A DNA stretch of 64,000 nucleotides from Octopus vulgaris. Its lineage: Eukaryota. Shown here piece by piece: positions 52,374 to 64,000 of the stretch; positions within the stretch are counted from its first letter, which is position 1, and each line of letters begins with the position of its first letter. The position numbers and the translations under genes are program-made. The notes beneath the pieces were generated by a model. That model did no database searches, was not told the origin of the DNA, and worked only from the letters and a program-made list of their open reading frames with translations. The stretch covers positions 25,854,001-25,918,000 of the forward strand of contig OX597838.1 of the NCBI GenBank assembly GCA_951406725.2. Direction: 5' to 3'.

Positions 52374-53174
52374 TTAAAATAAACTGTCTCACCTAGAAAA
52401 TCCAGATGCCAAAAAGTCCCTTCTCATGTTTGTTCGAGGGCCGATGGCAACAATTTTTTTTTTTTTTTTTTTACATCCCTATGGCATAAGAAAAACTGAC
52501 CCCTTGACAAATTTTAGGGAGATATACTTACTCTAGAGAGGAGAGGGGGTTAAACAAGCCAGATCTGACATCGAATTGACAAAAACATAGATTATCTTCT
52601 TTGAAGGCATTTATATAAAAGAGAGAGTTTTTGGTGCCTGAATCTGTTTTATTGGACAATTTTTTTCTTGGTGATGCTTTTTCCTTTTTTCTTGTTCCAA
52701 AATTTCGTTTCTAGAATATATATATATCCTGCATGCGCCACAAAAGGTTATCTGTTTTATATAAACACATCTAAATGCAAACAAACACCTTTCTTAATTA
52801 TTTTAGTGTATGTGCGTATACGTATATAAGTTGTGGGAGAGAATCTTGTCATTCAGTCTCTTTAAGATTTCCTTACTTATCAACACCTTGTGTTTTCTTT
52901 CCATCTTTTTTCTTCTCCAAAATTCTTATGTTTTATTCCATCTCTCATCGTTGAATGGTGTCAAAGTATTAAAACACAGATCCCACGTTGATTAGGATAA
53001 TAAAAGATTAAATTTCAATATAATTCCACCCACACACTCTCTCTCTTTCACACACGCTTCATATATTTTACATATGCACCCAAACAATAAAACAGTGCAT
53101 ATGCACTTGAACAGTAAAAACATACAAATCAACTTTATTGTTCAAAACCATAAACTTGAAGGCCATGCTGGAGG

Positions 53175-53490
53175 TCAAGCTTGATGGCCTTCGCTACCAA
53201 GCTTTGGTGGACACACTCGAGACCAAGCTTGCTGGCCAAACTTGAGACCAAGCTTGATGGCCAAACTTGAGACCAAGCTTGCTGGCCAAACTTGAGACCA
53301 AGCTTGATGGCCAAACTTGAGACCAAGCTTGATGGCCAAACTGGCCAAACTTGAGACCAAGTTTGCTGGCCAAGCTTGAGACCAAGCTCGATGGCCAAGC
53401 TTGAGACCAAGCTCGATGGCCAAGCTCGATGGCCAAGCTCGAGACCAAGCTTGATGGCCAAACTTGAGACCAAGCTTGATGGCCAAACTT
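53175..53490. repeat. minisatellite of alternating 12/13-bp subunits (ccaaacttgaga + ccaagcttgatgg)
   Basis: 25-bp higher-order unit visible directly. Confidence 0.92.
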
Positions 53491-56400
53491 TGCTGGTCAT
53501 AATGGAGACCAAATTTTTGATTTGTATTCTTAAGTTTCTCTTTTAAATGTGTGAGTCCTAACCTTTTAATGTTGTCAAGTGACAGGAAATCACTCCTGGT
53601 CTATTTGCTACTTTAAGCCATCTTTTAACCAATCGATAACGTAGACCAATATTTAATAAATCTAAATTTTTCCAATTTTTAAACGGGGGAGAAAAAAAAA
53701 AGACTTAATTTCAGGACAATTTATGTATTTTTGAGGTGAGGAGGAAGGGACAGACTTTCATTTACAAATATATAGTTTGTATATCTCAACGTTGCATATT
53801 TTAATAAAATTCTGTGGCTCATAGAACATCACAAATTAAGGACAAATAAGATATACAAAGAGAGAGAAAGAGAGAGAAAAAAAAAGGATTTATGATAAAG
53901 AAAGAAAAAAATCTCAATCCTTAAATTTCACTGTACCAAAGTTTAACTTGCATTATAATAGATTTTACTATCTATATATGTATATATATTTAAATTTTAT
54001 TTATTTATGGAATTGAAAATTATCTATGCATGTATATTATTTTAATTATGATTGCAGATTAAGAAGGGAGATAACCAACACTTTCTACATCTTGTTTCTT
54101 AGACATTGCCTTATATCAATACCAGAAGTGGAAAAGACAAAAATCAACCTCAAAATACACAACAATAACAATCAGACAGATATGTTTACTAGATTTCCTT
54201 CTAGCGCCAAACACTGAAATCACAAATTAGAAACCAGTACATCTAAGAAATGACAAAACTGACACCCTACCCTAGTTGTTGAATGAAGTTACTTCTAAGC
54301 ATTCAGAGACATTAACAGAATTAATACTAAAAAGATTTAGCAACTGACAGTGCAGCAGAGAGGATTTATACCCCAACCCCACCTGCAAAGACTAGAAGAG
54401 CTGTTAACAAAACACCAGTTTTAAATCTAGAATCTCTACTCTTATTGTTTAATGGAGTCACTATAGTCGGAATTGTCTTTATATGGAGGCTGAGCATTCC
54501 ACATTTGGATAATTCTGGAAATAGTTATAAGCTTTCTGGTTCAGTCCCACTGCATAGCACATTGGACAAATGTCTTCTGCTTTCACCCCAGGCTAACCAA
54601 AACTTTATGAACCGATTTGGTAGATGGAAACTAAAAGAAGCCTGTCACGTGTGTGTGTGTGTGTGTCCTTGTCATCACATGGCATGACAGATATAAATGG
54701 ACACCTTCATACTTCTATGGAAACATGTTCAGTCAGTGGGGAAATATTACTTTGCTTGGAAACAAGTGAGAGTTGGTGACAGGAAGGGCATCCAGCCATA
54801 GAAAATTTGGTTCAATGAATTCTAAGCTAATTGATAAACCTGAGAAAATCCCAAAGATTCAACAAGTCTTTCCCACTAGCTTTCATTAACCACCATTATC
54901 ATGCTTGTGAATATTACAGGCAGAAACGGTAAGGTACATATCTGGCTGTCAGTGACTGCCGAAACTGATGTCATTCTTTCTTAAGCCTAATTCCTTATTG
55001 ATGAGGATCTATCCTTAGTTGCAATGTTTCTGGGTCTGTTATTACAGGAATTGGAAGCTTGTATTAGTTCCTTTCATCCTTTCTGTACACTATTGTTAAA
55101 CAATCTTGGAAAATCAGGTAGTAGAATAAACGAGCAATCATTTTTTTTTAGTTTAATCTTACCAAAGAATTGCTCCTAATCCAAATTCTACCTTGCTCCT
55201 TGCCCCCCTCCCAACCAAAACTGTTCTCTTGTCGTAAAATTGTCGCACAATGTAGTTATTATAGGTCTCTAGTAAGTCTTGACCTTCCTCCCATGCCAGA
55301 AGGGCACTGGCAATTCACCCTGTCCATCTTTCAAGAGGGAACTACACCCAGGTATGTTTTCTAATGAATACAGGAAGGTCACTCCTCAACCCTCAAAGAC
55401 TTAGTTTGCAGGCTACAGATGTCCAACATCTATCTGTAGACATGCCTACACTTATTGAGACTCATGAAGCAATTATGTGTAGTAGGTTTCTCTACTCTTC
55501 AGAAAGATCTTAAGGGGTCAGATTTACCAATTAGATACTAATGACAGTAACAATAACCTTCTGCTTATTAAATTATAGCTGTCTCTCTTTATCATGCCCT
55601 ATTGTACAGGTTCAGCTGATTATAAAAGACCAAATAAAAATCTCCTTTACTGAATTCATTTCTATTACACTGTTATAATGCTTATAAAATTTCTGAAACA
55701 CATCCACACATTATAAAATACGACTGACATCCACTTAATACCTGCCGATATAATTGCATGAGATGACAAAGACCGAAACCCTTAAGTATGATAAAAAACA
55801 AGAACAAAAACACTTAAATATAAATTAAAAGATGTAATAAAGAAGGACAAATGTCATCCCTAACAGCTTGACTAGTTGAAAGACAGACCTTGTTTAAGTA
55901 ACAGCAGAAATAATGAGCTCTTGCATAAGACACAGGCTAAAGTTTACTGCAGAGTGGCAATGAGATTTTGGTGTTCATGTGGTGTGATGTGATAAGTGAA
56001 TGGAAATAGCTACAACTGGGAAAAGATGCCAGGAGCTCACCATGGATTTATGGTGCTCACAAAAAAAACAGGTAGAACTGTTAGTAATTAACTGGGTAGG
56101 ATGTTGAGTGGACTGGATATGAAATGAAAACACCTGCAATTAACTCTTTTGTCAACAGGACACTGCCATACCTTAAAAGTGAAACTCAGTTGTTGAGAAA
56201 ATCACCGGTTGTTGTGCAACACTGGGAAGAGGGTCGTCGTGTTCTTAAACAAGAAACTCCACAAATGGAGCTACACGTACCCCTGTCCACCCAGCTGACA
56301 TTGAATAGTGTTAATTCCCCACTATATTCTTGATTCCCATTCGTTAAAACAAAAAAATGTGGCCAAGGTGTTTATGTACCTGTCATTATCCATCACTAAA

Positions 56401-59400
56401 GAAAAAAAATAAAGGGGGTTTCATCCCCCTTGTCAAGTGGTGATAATAGAAAGCTAGTAAATCTATCCTTTCTTCCCTGACAGAAGGACACCAACAATTC
56501 ACCCCTTTCATCTTTCAAGAGGGAACTACACCCATATGCAGTTTCTAATGAAAACAGGAAGGTCACTTCACCTCCTGAAAAGACCTAGTTTAGTCAGATT
56601 CTGGATAATTGTAGCCTGCAGATGCCAAGGTACCTCTGGTCTGGCTTATTGTGGTCCTTCACACTGTCTATTAGATGAAAACTTGATCTCTTAGATTGAC
56701 TCAAAACCACAAATATTTTTAGACAAGGCTATAACTGACAGGATTGATTCTTACCTAGGGAAAGATAGGGCCATAGATGATTGAAAGAGAAGTGGATAAC
56801 AGGGATATAAAGTGTCTGAATAAACCCTAGGATTGGAATAGCCCTACTTACATTGTGAGAACAGAAGAACTCAATAAGGGTTAAACTTAGCAAATAGAAA
56901 TGTTTTTGTATTTGTGTATTTGGTTTTTGTTGTGTTTTGGTTTTGTTACTAAGGTTTGACAAGAAGGAATTCTATAGAGTGTGATGTTCCAAGGGGGCCG
57001 ATAACAGGAGCAAGGTTGGGGGGAAAACAAATGATGAGCAGACACAGAAATATTGTGTTCTGATAAACCTTTCTCTTAGGAAGATGGGGGAGCTGTGAAG
57101 ATTGAAATGAGACAAACTGCCATCTTTTATCTTTTATTTGTTTCAGTCAATTGGACTGTGGCCAGGCTGGGGCATTGCCGTGAAGAGCCTAGTTAAACAA
57201 ATTGACCCTAGTACTTATTTTTAGGTCTGGTACTTTCATCTAGCAGTCTCTTTTGCTGAACTAAGCTGCAAAGATGTAAACAAACCAACACCAGCTGTCA
57301 AACAATGGTTTGTGGGTGGGCATAAACATTATCTATACACACACATGCTATAGGCTTCCACACATTCACTCAAAAGGTGTTGGTCAGCCATGGTCTTCAG
57401 TAGAAGACCCTTGCCCAAGGTGCCATGCAGTAGGACTGAACCAGAAACCATGTGATTGCAAAGTAGTTTCTTAACCACAGTCATACCTTCACCTTGTTTA
57501 ATAATATTTTCAACATGGTTTTCAATTGTTTAATCTTGTCAAACATCTTCGAATAAGAAGAAGTAATATATGGAAGCAAAATCTCTTGCCATCTCACTAT
57601 TAAAGACAGAGGACAGCTACCCCAAAATTTCATTAATATTTATCCTCTCATAGCGCTGGTAGTGGAGGGTGGCCTTGGATTTAGAACTGTAGTCCTAAAT
57701 CTTTTATACAGAGTTCTGCTTATATGAGACAAAATGGTCACACAAAACAAATGCACATGTCCATGTATATTATATATACATACACATAAGACTGACTGAC
57801 TATCACATAAAAGAGAGAGAAGACTAGGAATTTGAAACAAGGGTAACATATTTTGATAAAAAAAAAACATCTCTTACATATATACATTATCTTCATCATT
57901 AAATGTCTCTTTTCCCAATGTTGGCATGGGTTGGATGGTCTGAGAGGCACCAAGGAGCCAAGAGGGCTGTGCCAAGCTCCAATGTCTGCTTTGACATGGT
58001 TTCTGTGGCCAGATGCCCTTCCTAATGCCAACCACTTTACAGTGTACTGGATGGCACCAACACTAGTGAGGTTACTGAGAGCTTGCAGCCTAGCCTGTCT
58101 CCAAATAAACAGGGTTACTGTTAGAGGTTCAATTCCTGAACAGACTGGCATGTTGTGCTCTTCAACAAAATAGGTTTCATGCTGTTCCAGTCTACTTAGC
58201 TGTAAAGGAGTACCACACTAATGCTGGTGTAACCTTTTCTCTCTCCAACTATCACATCCTTGATGTTCTACTGCTGTCACTTACAAAGGCACCTTAAACA
58301 CTTAGCAAAAGCAAGGTAAAGCCACCCGGTCATATTTGGAAGCAAGGACAACTATGCTAAGCTTTTCTATAACTTTTAGACCCTACATCTTGCGAGTTAA
58401 ACCCTAATTTCAATATGAAATTGTTCAGTAGTAAGGTAGTTGTTGTCAGAGATTCAAAGGGGATGAAGGAAGCGTGGTATGAAGAAAATAGTCGGAACAA
58501 TGAATGAATGAATGACTAAAAAAGAATCAGACAAGCAGGACTAAAAGAAGACTAAGATGGGAGGAACTAGTGAGAGGAGGAGGGGGAGGATGACAACTAT
58601 GATATATCCGAATGAAAGCAAAGGAAGGGAAGAAAGGAGGGCTGAACAAAGGCGAAAGGAAGGGAAAGACGAAAGGTTTGCGTGAAAGAGAGCAAAGAGC
58701 AAATGAATGCACAAATGAACTAATGAATGATGAAGATAAAGTGAAATGACATGAATCGGATTATTTTCGTTTTTTTTTATCCATGTTTTTTCAGGTTTTT
58801 TTTTTGTTAAATAAATTTGAAATTGTTAATTATTGAATGACCTAGTTGCCATTACAGAGACAGACGGGACCAAGGAAAAACAAAACCACTAGGAAAGACA
58901 TAAGATGCATGCAAGTAATTAAAAAATAAATGAAGGAAATTAAAAAAAAAAGATAAGAAAATAAAACACACACACACCGTTTCAAAATGCTAAAAAAAAA
59001 TACTTAACAGAAAGAAAGAATTTGAAAAAGAAAATGGTTAAAAGTTGCGTGCAGTTGTTAGAAGCACTTGAAATTAAAAATTAATAATCGAGATTTTAAG
59101 TGAAATTATTTTGGAAATATATTTGTCCAGTTTTAAATTGGAGGTATTAATTAAAAAAATTATTTGTCTGTTCTTAAGTTTTATATTATTTTGGAAGGAG
59201 AAGAGAAACTTGGTACAGTGCTAGGTAAGGAGAGAGAGTGAGAAAAAGAGAGAATTAGAGATATGTATATATATTTAGAGAGAGAAAGAGATAACGGGAT
59301 GCACAGAAGTACTTTAAAACATGTTTCAACTGATCAAAATTTAAGCTAAATTTGTTTAGGACCTTCCATTTTATTTTCCACATTTACCTCCCTTTTGTTT

Positions 59401-61484
59401 ACAAACAACAACATTAACAAGAAAACAAATGAGAGGGAAATATATAAAAAGATAAATAAATGGGAAGTAATAATAATGTTCGCTGAGACTGACATAAATC
59501 CATGCATTTGGTGAGGAGGATACAGCATAGTTGAAAGTAAAATGTCCCCAGCATATGACTGGTTCATTATTTTATCAAGCTCAAAAAAGACAAAGTTGAG
59601 CTTTGCAGGATTCGAACAAAGACCAGGAAGGTCACAATGGAATGCTGCAAGGGACAGTCTTTTGCTCCACCGATTCTGCTAATATGTACCCCACTACTTA
59701 TTTTGTCATCATTGGCACCAGACCCACAGTCTTCAGAAAGAGCACACTCACTATCATCCATTCAACTCCCTTCATCACTTACTGTTCTTGGAAGGGTCAG
59801 TGGGAGTAGAGTCCCCAGGCACCTCTTCTGTTGGGTCCTACCCGAAGCGACTGTCATTACACTTTCTGGCTGGCTCCCCAAGTGTGATCAACTGAGACTA
59901 TGGATTTCGTTCTTGGTCTACTCCTAGGTCTCCAGTTAGCTCAGCTTAAAAAAATTTTTTTCTTGCAATTCTTTCCTGCAACGTTGTGTCTGCAGTACTT
60001 GCATTGCTGTGACCTCTCAATGCTAAGAAGTAGTGGCTCAATCTGGAGATCTCAGAGCGATGTACCCTGCAGAGGTCTTTTAGTGAACCCCCATTTTGGC
60101 CACTTGTATTCACAATCATTAACCAACAGTCATTATTATTACATCAAAGACTATGTCTATTGCTTTATCATAAAATCAGCTTTGGTTGAAGGTGAACTTA
60201 AACTGTAAAAGGGACATAGCTTAATGCCATAAAGAATTTGGCCCACAGCTCTAACCTGCGATATTGTAATACTTAGAATATCTTTGTAACATAAGCAGGT
60301 AGAAAGCCATGCAGTTTGGTGGTGGTGAGGTGAAGAGCGTCAGTGGGGGAAGTGCATGGTCAATCATACCTGGCACTCCAGTTACAACATGAATTTCAGG
60401 TGATCTGAAATTCATGTTATACAAGAACAGCCTGCTTGTGAAATCAATGTGCAAGTGGCTGAGCACTCCACAGACACGTGTAACCCTTAACATAGTTCTC
60501 GGAGATATTCAGCATGACACAGAATGAGACAAGGTCGGCCTCTTGAAATACAAATACTATTCATTTTAGCAAGCTGAAGTTAACTGGAGCAATGTGAAAT
60601 CAAATGTCTTGCACAAAGACACAGCGTGCTTGTGGGAATTGAAATCACAACCTTGCGATCACGAACCAAACACTCAAACCACTGATCCATGTGCCTTTAC
60701 TGTAATCTATCATATTGATTTTAGGGCTACCCTAGTACTTTTTTTTAAGTCACCCCCTAATAACTTCATTTTTAAGAATATACAAAAAAAGAAAAGAAAA
60801 AAAAAATCAGTATCTGCAGAGTTAGAATTAGTTGTAATAGGAGGAGCGAGATATGTGTGTGTTTGTGCATGTGTGTATGTATGTGTATATATACATATAT
60901 ATATACACATACACACACACATATATATATACATAGATAGACCCAGCAACGTTGAGATATGCATGCAACATTGGGAGTTCCAAATAAGAACAGAGTTTAG
61001 AAGATGACGAAACGAGAAGGGGCAAAAGGTGGGGCGGAGACTATCAGAGGAATACACACATATACATACATATATGTGTGTATATATATATATATACTTG
61101 TGTGTGTAAATATAGATAGATAGGAGTTATAACAAGTAGGTGGGGGGAGCGGGGGGTAACAGTGGAGGTGATAACAGCAAAGGATAAGTGAAGACTCACA
61201 CGTTTTAAAAAAGAACAAAAAGTAAGAACAGCACTAGAGTTCTACAGAAACGAAGGGTTAAAAAACGAAGTTGTACATATTCATATCTATACACATATAT
61301 ATATATATATATATACATATATATACACACACATACACATGTCTGGGATTTCCATTGTGGCTGCTTGCATACACACACATATATATATATATAAATAAAT
61401 ATACATATATATGTATGTATGTCTGTATATTATATTTTTTGTGTGTACGCATTTATACATGTGAGTGTGTGTATATATACAGAC

Positions 61485-61517
<33 letters not shown>

Positions 61518-62149
61518 AAGGAAACAAGAGAAATAAAAAAAGATTAAGAGGTAAAAAAAACAACAACAAACTCAAGTAAAACCACAAACTATGGACACCA
61601 TGCATTGTTTTTGGTTCAGAAGAAATTTAATTAAAAAACGTTTTTTTTTTTCCATCTTTTTTCTTTCATATATATTTTTTTCTTTCAAGTTTCATATTGT
61701 TTGTTATTATTATTATTATCATCATTATTATTTTTTGTTTGTTTGTTTGTTTTTTGTTTTGTTTTTTTTGGTCTATATTCACTGTACAGTACTTTCATTC
61801 AAGAATGAAATACTTTGTATATATATATATATTTTTTTTGCTTTGCTTTATTTTTTTTTTAATTAAATTTGTGTGTATGTGTGTGAGCATGTAATAATGT
61901 ATGTGTATGTATGTAGGTGTGCATGTATGTGTGTTGGTTTGTTGAACAAGTGGAAGGTGAAAGAGAAAGAATAAACAACAAAGTTTCATTTAGAAGGGAT
62001 TTAACAAGAAAAAAAAGTAGGGGGAGGTGATGTACATTGATAAGGGGGCGGGGAAGACGAGAGAGAAGGAGAGAGAGAGAGAGAGAGAGAGAGAAGCAGG
62101 TGAAAACAGTTACAGAAAAGGTTAAAAAATAAAATTAATGAATGAGTTT

Positions 62150-63274
62150 GAACATAGGCACGAGGACTCAGTTGTTTCTTTTTGTAATTTTGGGAGGGTA
62201 GGAGGAGTTAGGGTATATATATATATATAGTCAATGGACTACCCCCAGTACAAGACTGGTCCTTTATTTTATCAACTCAAACCACCCCCACCACACTTCC
62301 CCAAAAAGGATGAAAGGCAAAGTGGACGTCAGCGGGTTTTGGAATTCAGAATTGAGACGATTGCCTCCACGGCTTGCAATTCTTTGCTCTGGTCATCCTA
62401 CTTGTTTGCCATAATTACAATCATTTCTTCTGGCACAAAGCCGGAAGTTTTGGCAGGGGAGGTGGGGCTAGTTGATCACATCGACCCTAGTATTTAACTG
62501 GTCCCTATCTTATTGACACCCTTCCAAAAGGGAGGAAAGGCAAAGCCACACCTGGAATTTGAACTCAGAATGTAAAGACGGACGAAATGCCGCTAAGCAA
62601 TTTGTCCAGTGTACTAAAGATTCTGCCAGTTCACCGCCATAATAATAATAATAATAACAATAATAATGTTTCTGACTTAAGCACAAAACCAGCATTTGTG
62701 AAGGGTGGGCAGTTAGTCAACCCCCGGTACTCAACTGGTACTTTATTTTATCGATCCTGAAAGCACGAAAAGTCATGTTGACCACAAAACTTATGGAGTC
62801 AGAACAAATACTACAAAGTACTTTTTTTTTTCATTCTTTTACCAACACTAATGATTCTACCACTAATATAGGCGCACAAGGCCTGAAATTTTGGGGTGGA
62901 CAACAGTCGATCTGATCACTCGCCCCAGTTCTAGACCATTGCTTGATACCTTTCCTCCAAGAGGAAGAAAAGATTTGAACCCAGAATATAACCAAATGCA
63001 ACAAGACATTTGGTTATCCATTGCTGCACTGATTCCGACATCCACCACCCTCATCCTAATAATAATAATAATTGTAGACACAACAAAGGCAGAAGGCCAA
63101 CACATTTGTTTATAATATTGTTTACTACTAGTATTTATTTTATTGACACTCCCTGGAGGGGAATGGATAGTGAAGTGAACTTCCATTGGAATTGAACATG
63201 GAACATCAAGGACATAACTAAATGCTACCAGGCATTTAGTTCAGTGCCTTAACCATTTCTGCTACTCCACTGCC

Positions 63275-63324
<50 letters not shown>

Positions 63325-63832
63325 GCAATAATAATAATGACGATAATAACAATGATAGTTGTTTCTAATTTTGGCACAAGGCCAGCAAATTTAAGGGAAG
63401 GGCATCAGTTGATTAAATCAACCCCAGTAGATGACTGGTACTTTGTTCTATCAACCCTGAAAGGATGAAAGGCAAAGTTGACCTCGGCTGGATTTGAACC
63501 CAGAACCTAAAGAGCCAGAACAAATAATGCAAAGTATTTTTTTTTCCCAATGCTCTAACAATTCTGCCAATCCATTCACCATTTAACAATAGTTATAATA
63601 ATAATAATAATAATAGTTTCAAATTTTGGCACAAGGCCAGGAATTTGGGGGCAGGGTGAGGTAAGTCGATTACATTGATCCCAGTGCACAACTGGTACTT
63701 ACTTTATCGACTCTGAAAGGATGAAAGGCAAAGTTAACCGTAGCAGAATTTGAACTCAGAACATGAAGACGGACAAAATGCCGCCAAGCATTTTGCCCAG
63801 CATGCTAATGATTCTGCCAGCTCACCGCCTTA
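62150..63832 (-). mobile_element. head-to-tail array of ~7 SINE copies separated by (AAT)n
   Basis: same family and orientation as the other arrays. Confidence 0.85.
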
Positions 63833-64000
63833 AATAATAATAATAATAATAATGGTATCTTTAATAACAACAACAACAACAACAATGGGTATGATTTAAT
63901 AATGATGATAATACTAATTAATAATGTCAAAGTAATTACAATGTTGAAATATAATGAAAAAAATAACTAATCCAGACGAGAACTATGCAACGCACGCACA

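Noticed and set aside
53135-53512. Three overlapping repetitive ORFs as a protein-coding gene
   Set aside because: The 25-bp unit is not a multiple of three, so all frames give the same cyclic peptide; no splice or homology support.
54909-54976. ggcag...ctgcc-gaaac-tgat-gtc hammerhead-like 3' half
   Set aside because: The upstream core reads attaca, incompatible with the catalytic consensus.

Overview
AT-rich, microsatellite- and SINE-dense animal genomic DNA; the repeat landscape looks octopus/cephalopod-like (inference). Bases 1202-14340 (+) hold the last 10 coding exons of mitochondrial isoleucyl-tRNA synthetase (IARS2). They splice with consistent phases to 435 aa + stop and include DILDIWFDSG, KMSKS and the C-terminal CxRC..CxRC zinc finger. 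Downstream lies an array of ~12 hairpin repeats that resembles the stop-codon region. The CpG-richer stretch at ~16.5-22 kb contains a fossil maT/DD37D transposase interrupted by a SINE, an ETS-CRE promoter-like cassette and a locally templated inverted insertion. From ~22 kb on there is no recognisable ORF; splice-site patterns suggest the 3' part of an unidentified minus-strand gene with microexons (tentative). Main hidden signal: at least five dissimilar repeat elements carry minimal type I hammerhead ribozyme folds of the Penelope/retrozyme kind. They include the canonical C3:G8 core and both compensatory variants (U3:A8, G3:C8); three sit in inverted-repeat arrangements and one is fused to a tRNA-like head. 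Most ORFs in the supplied track are microsatellite artefacts.
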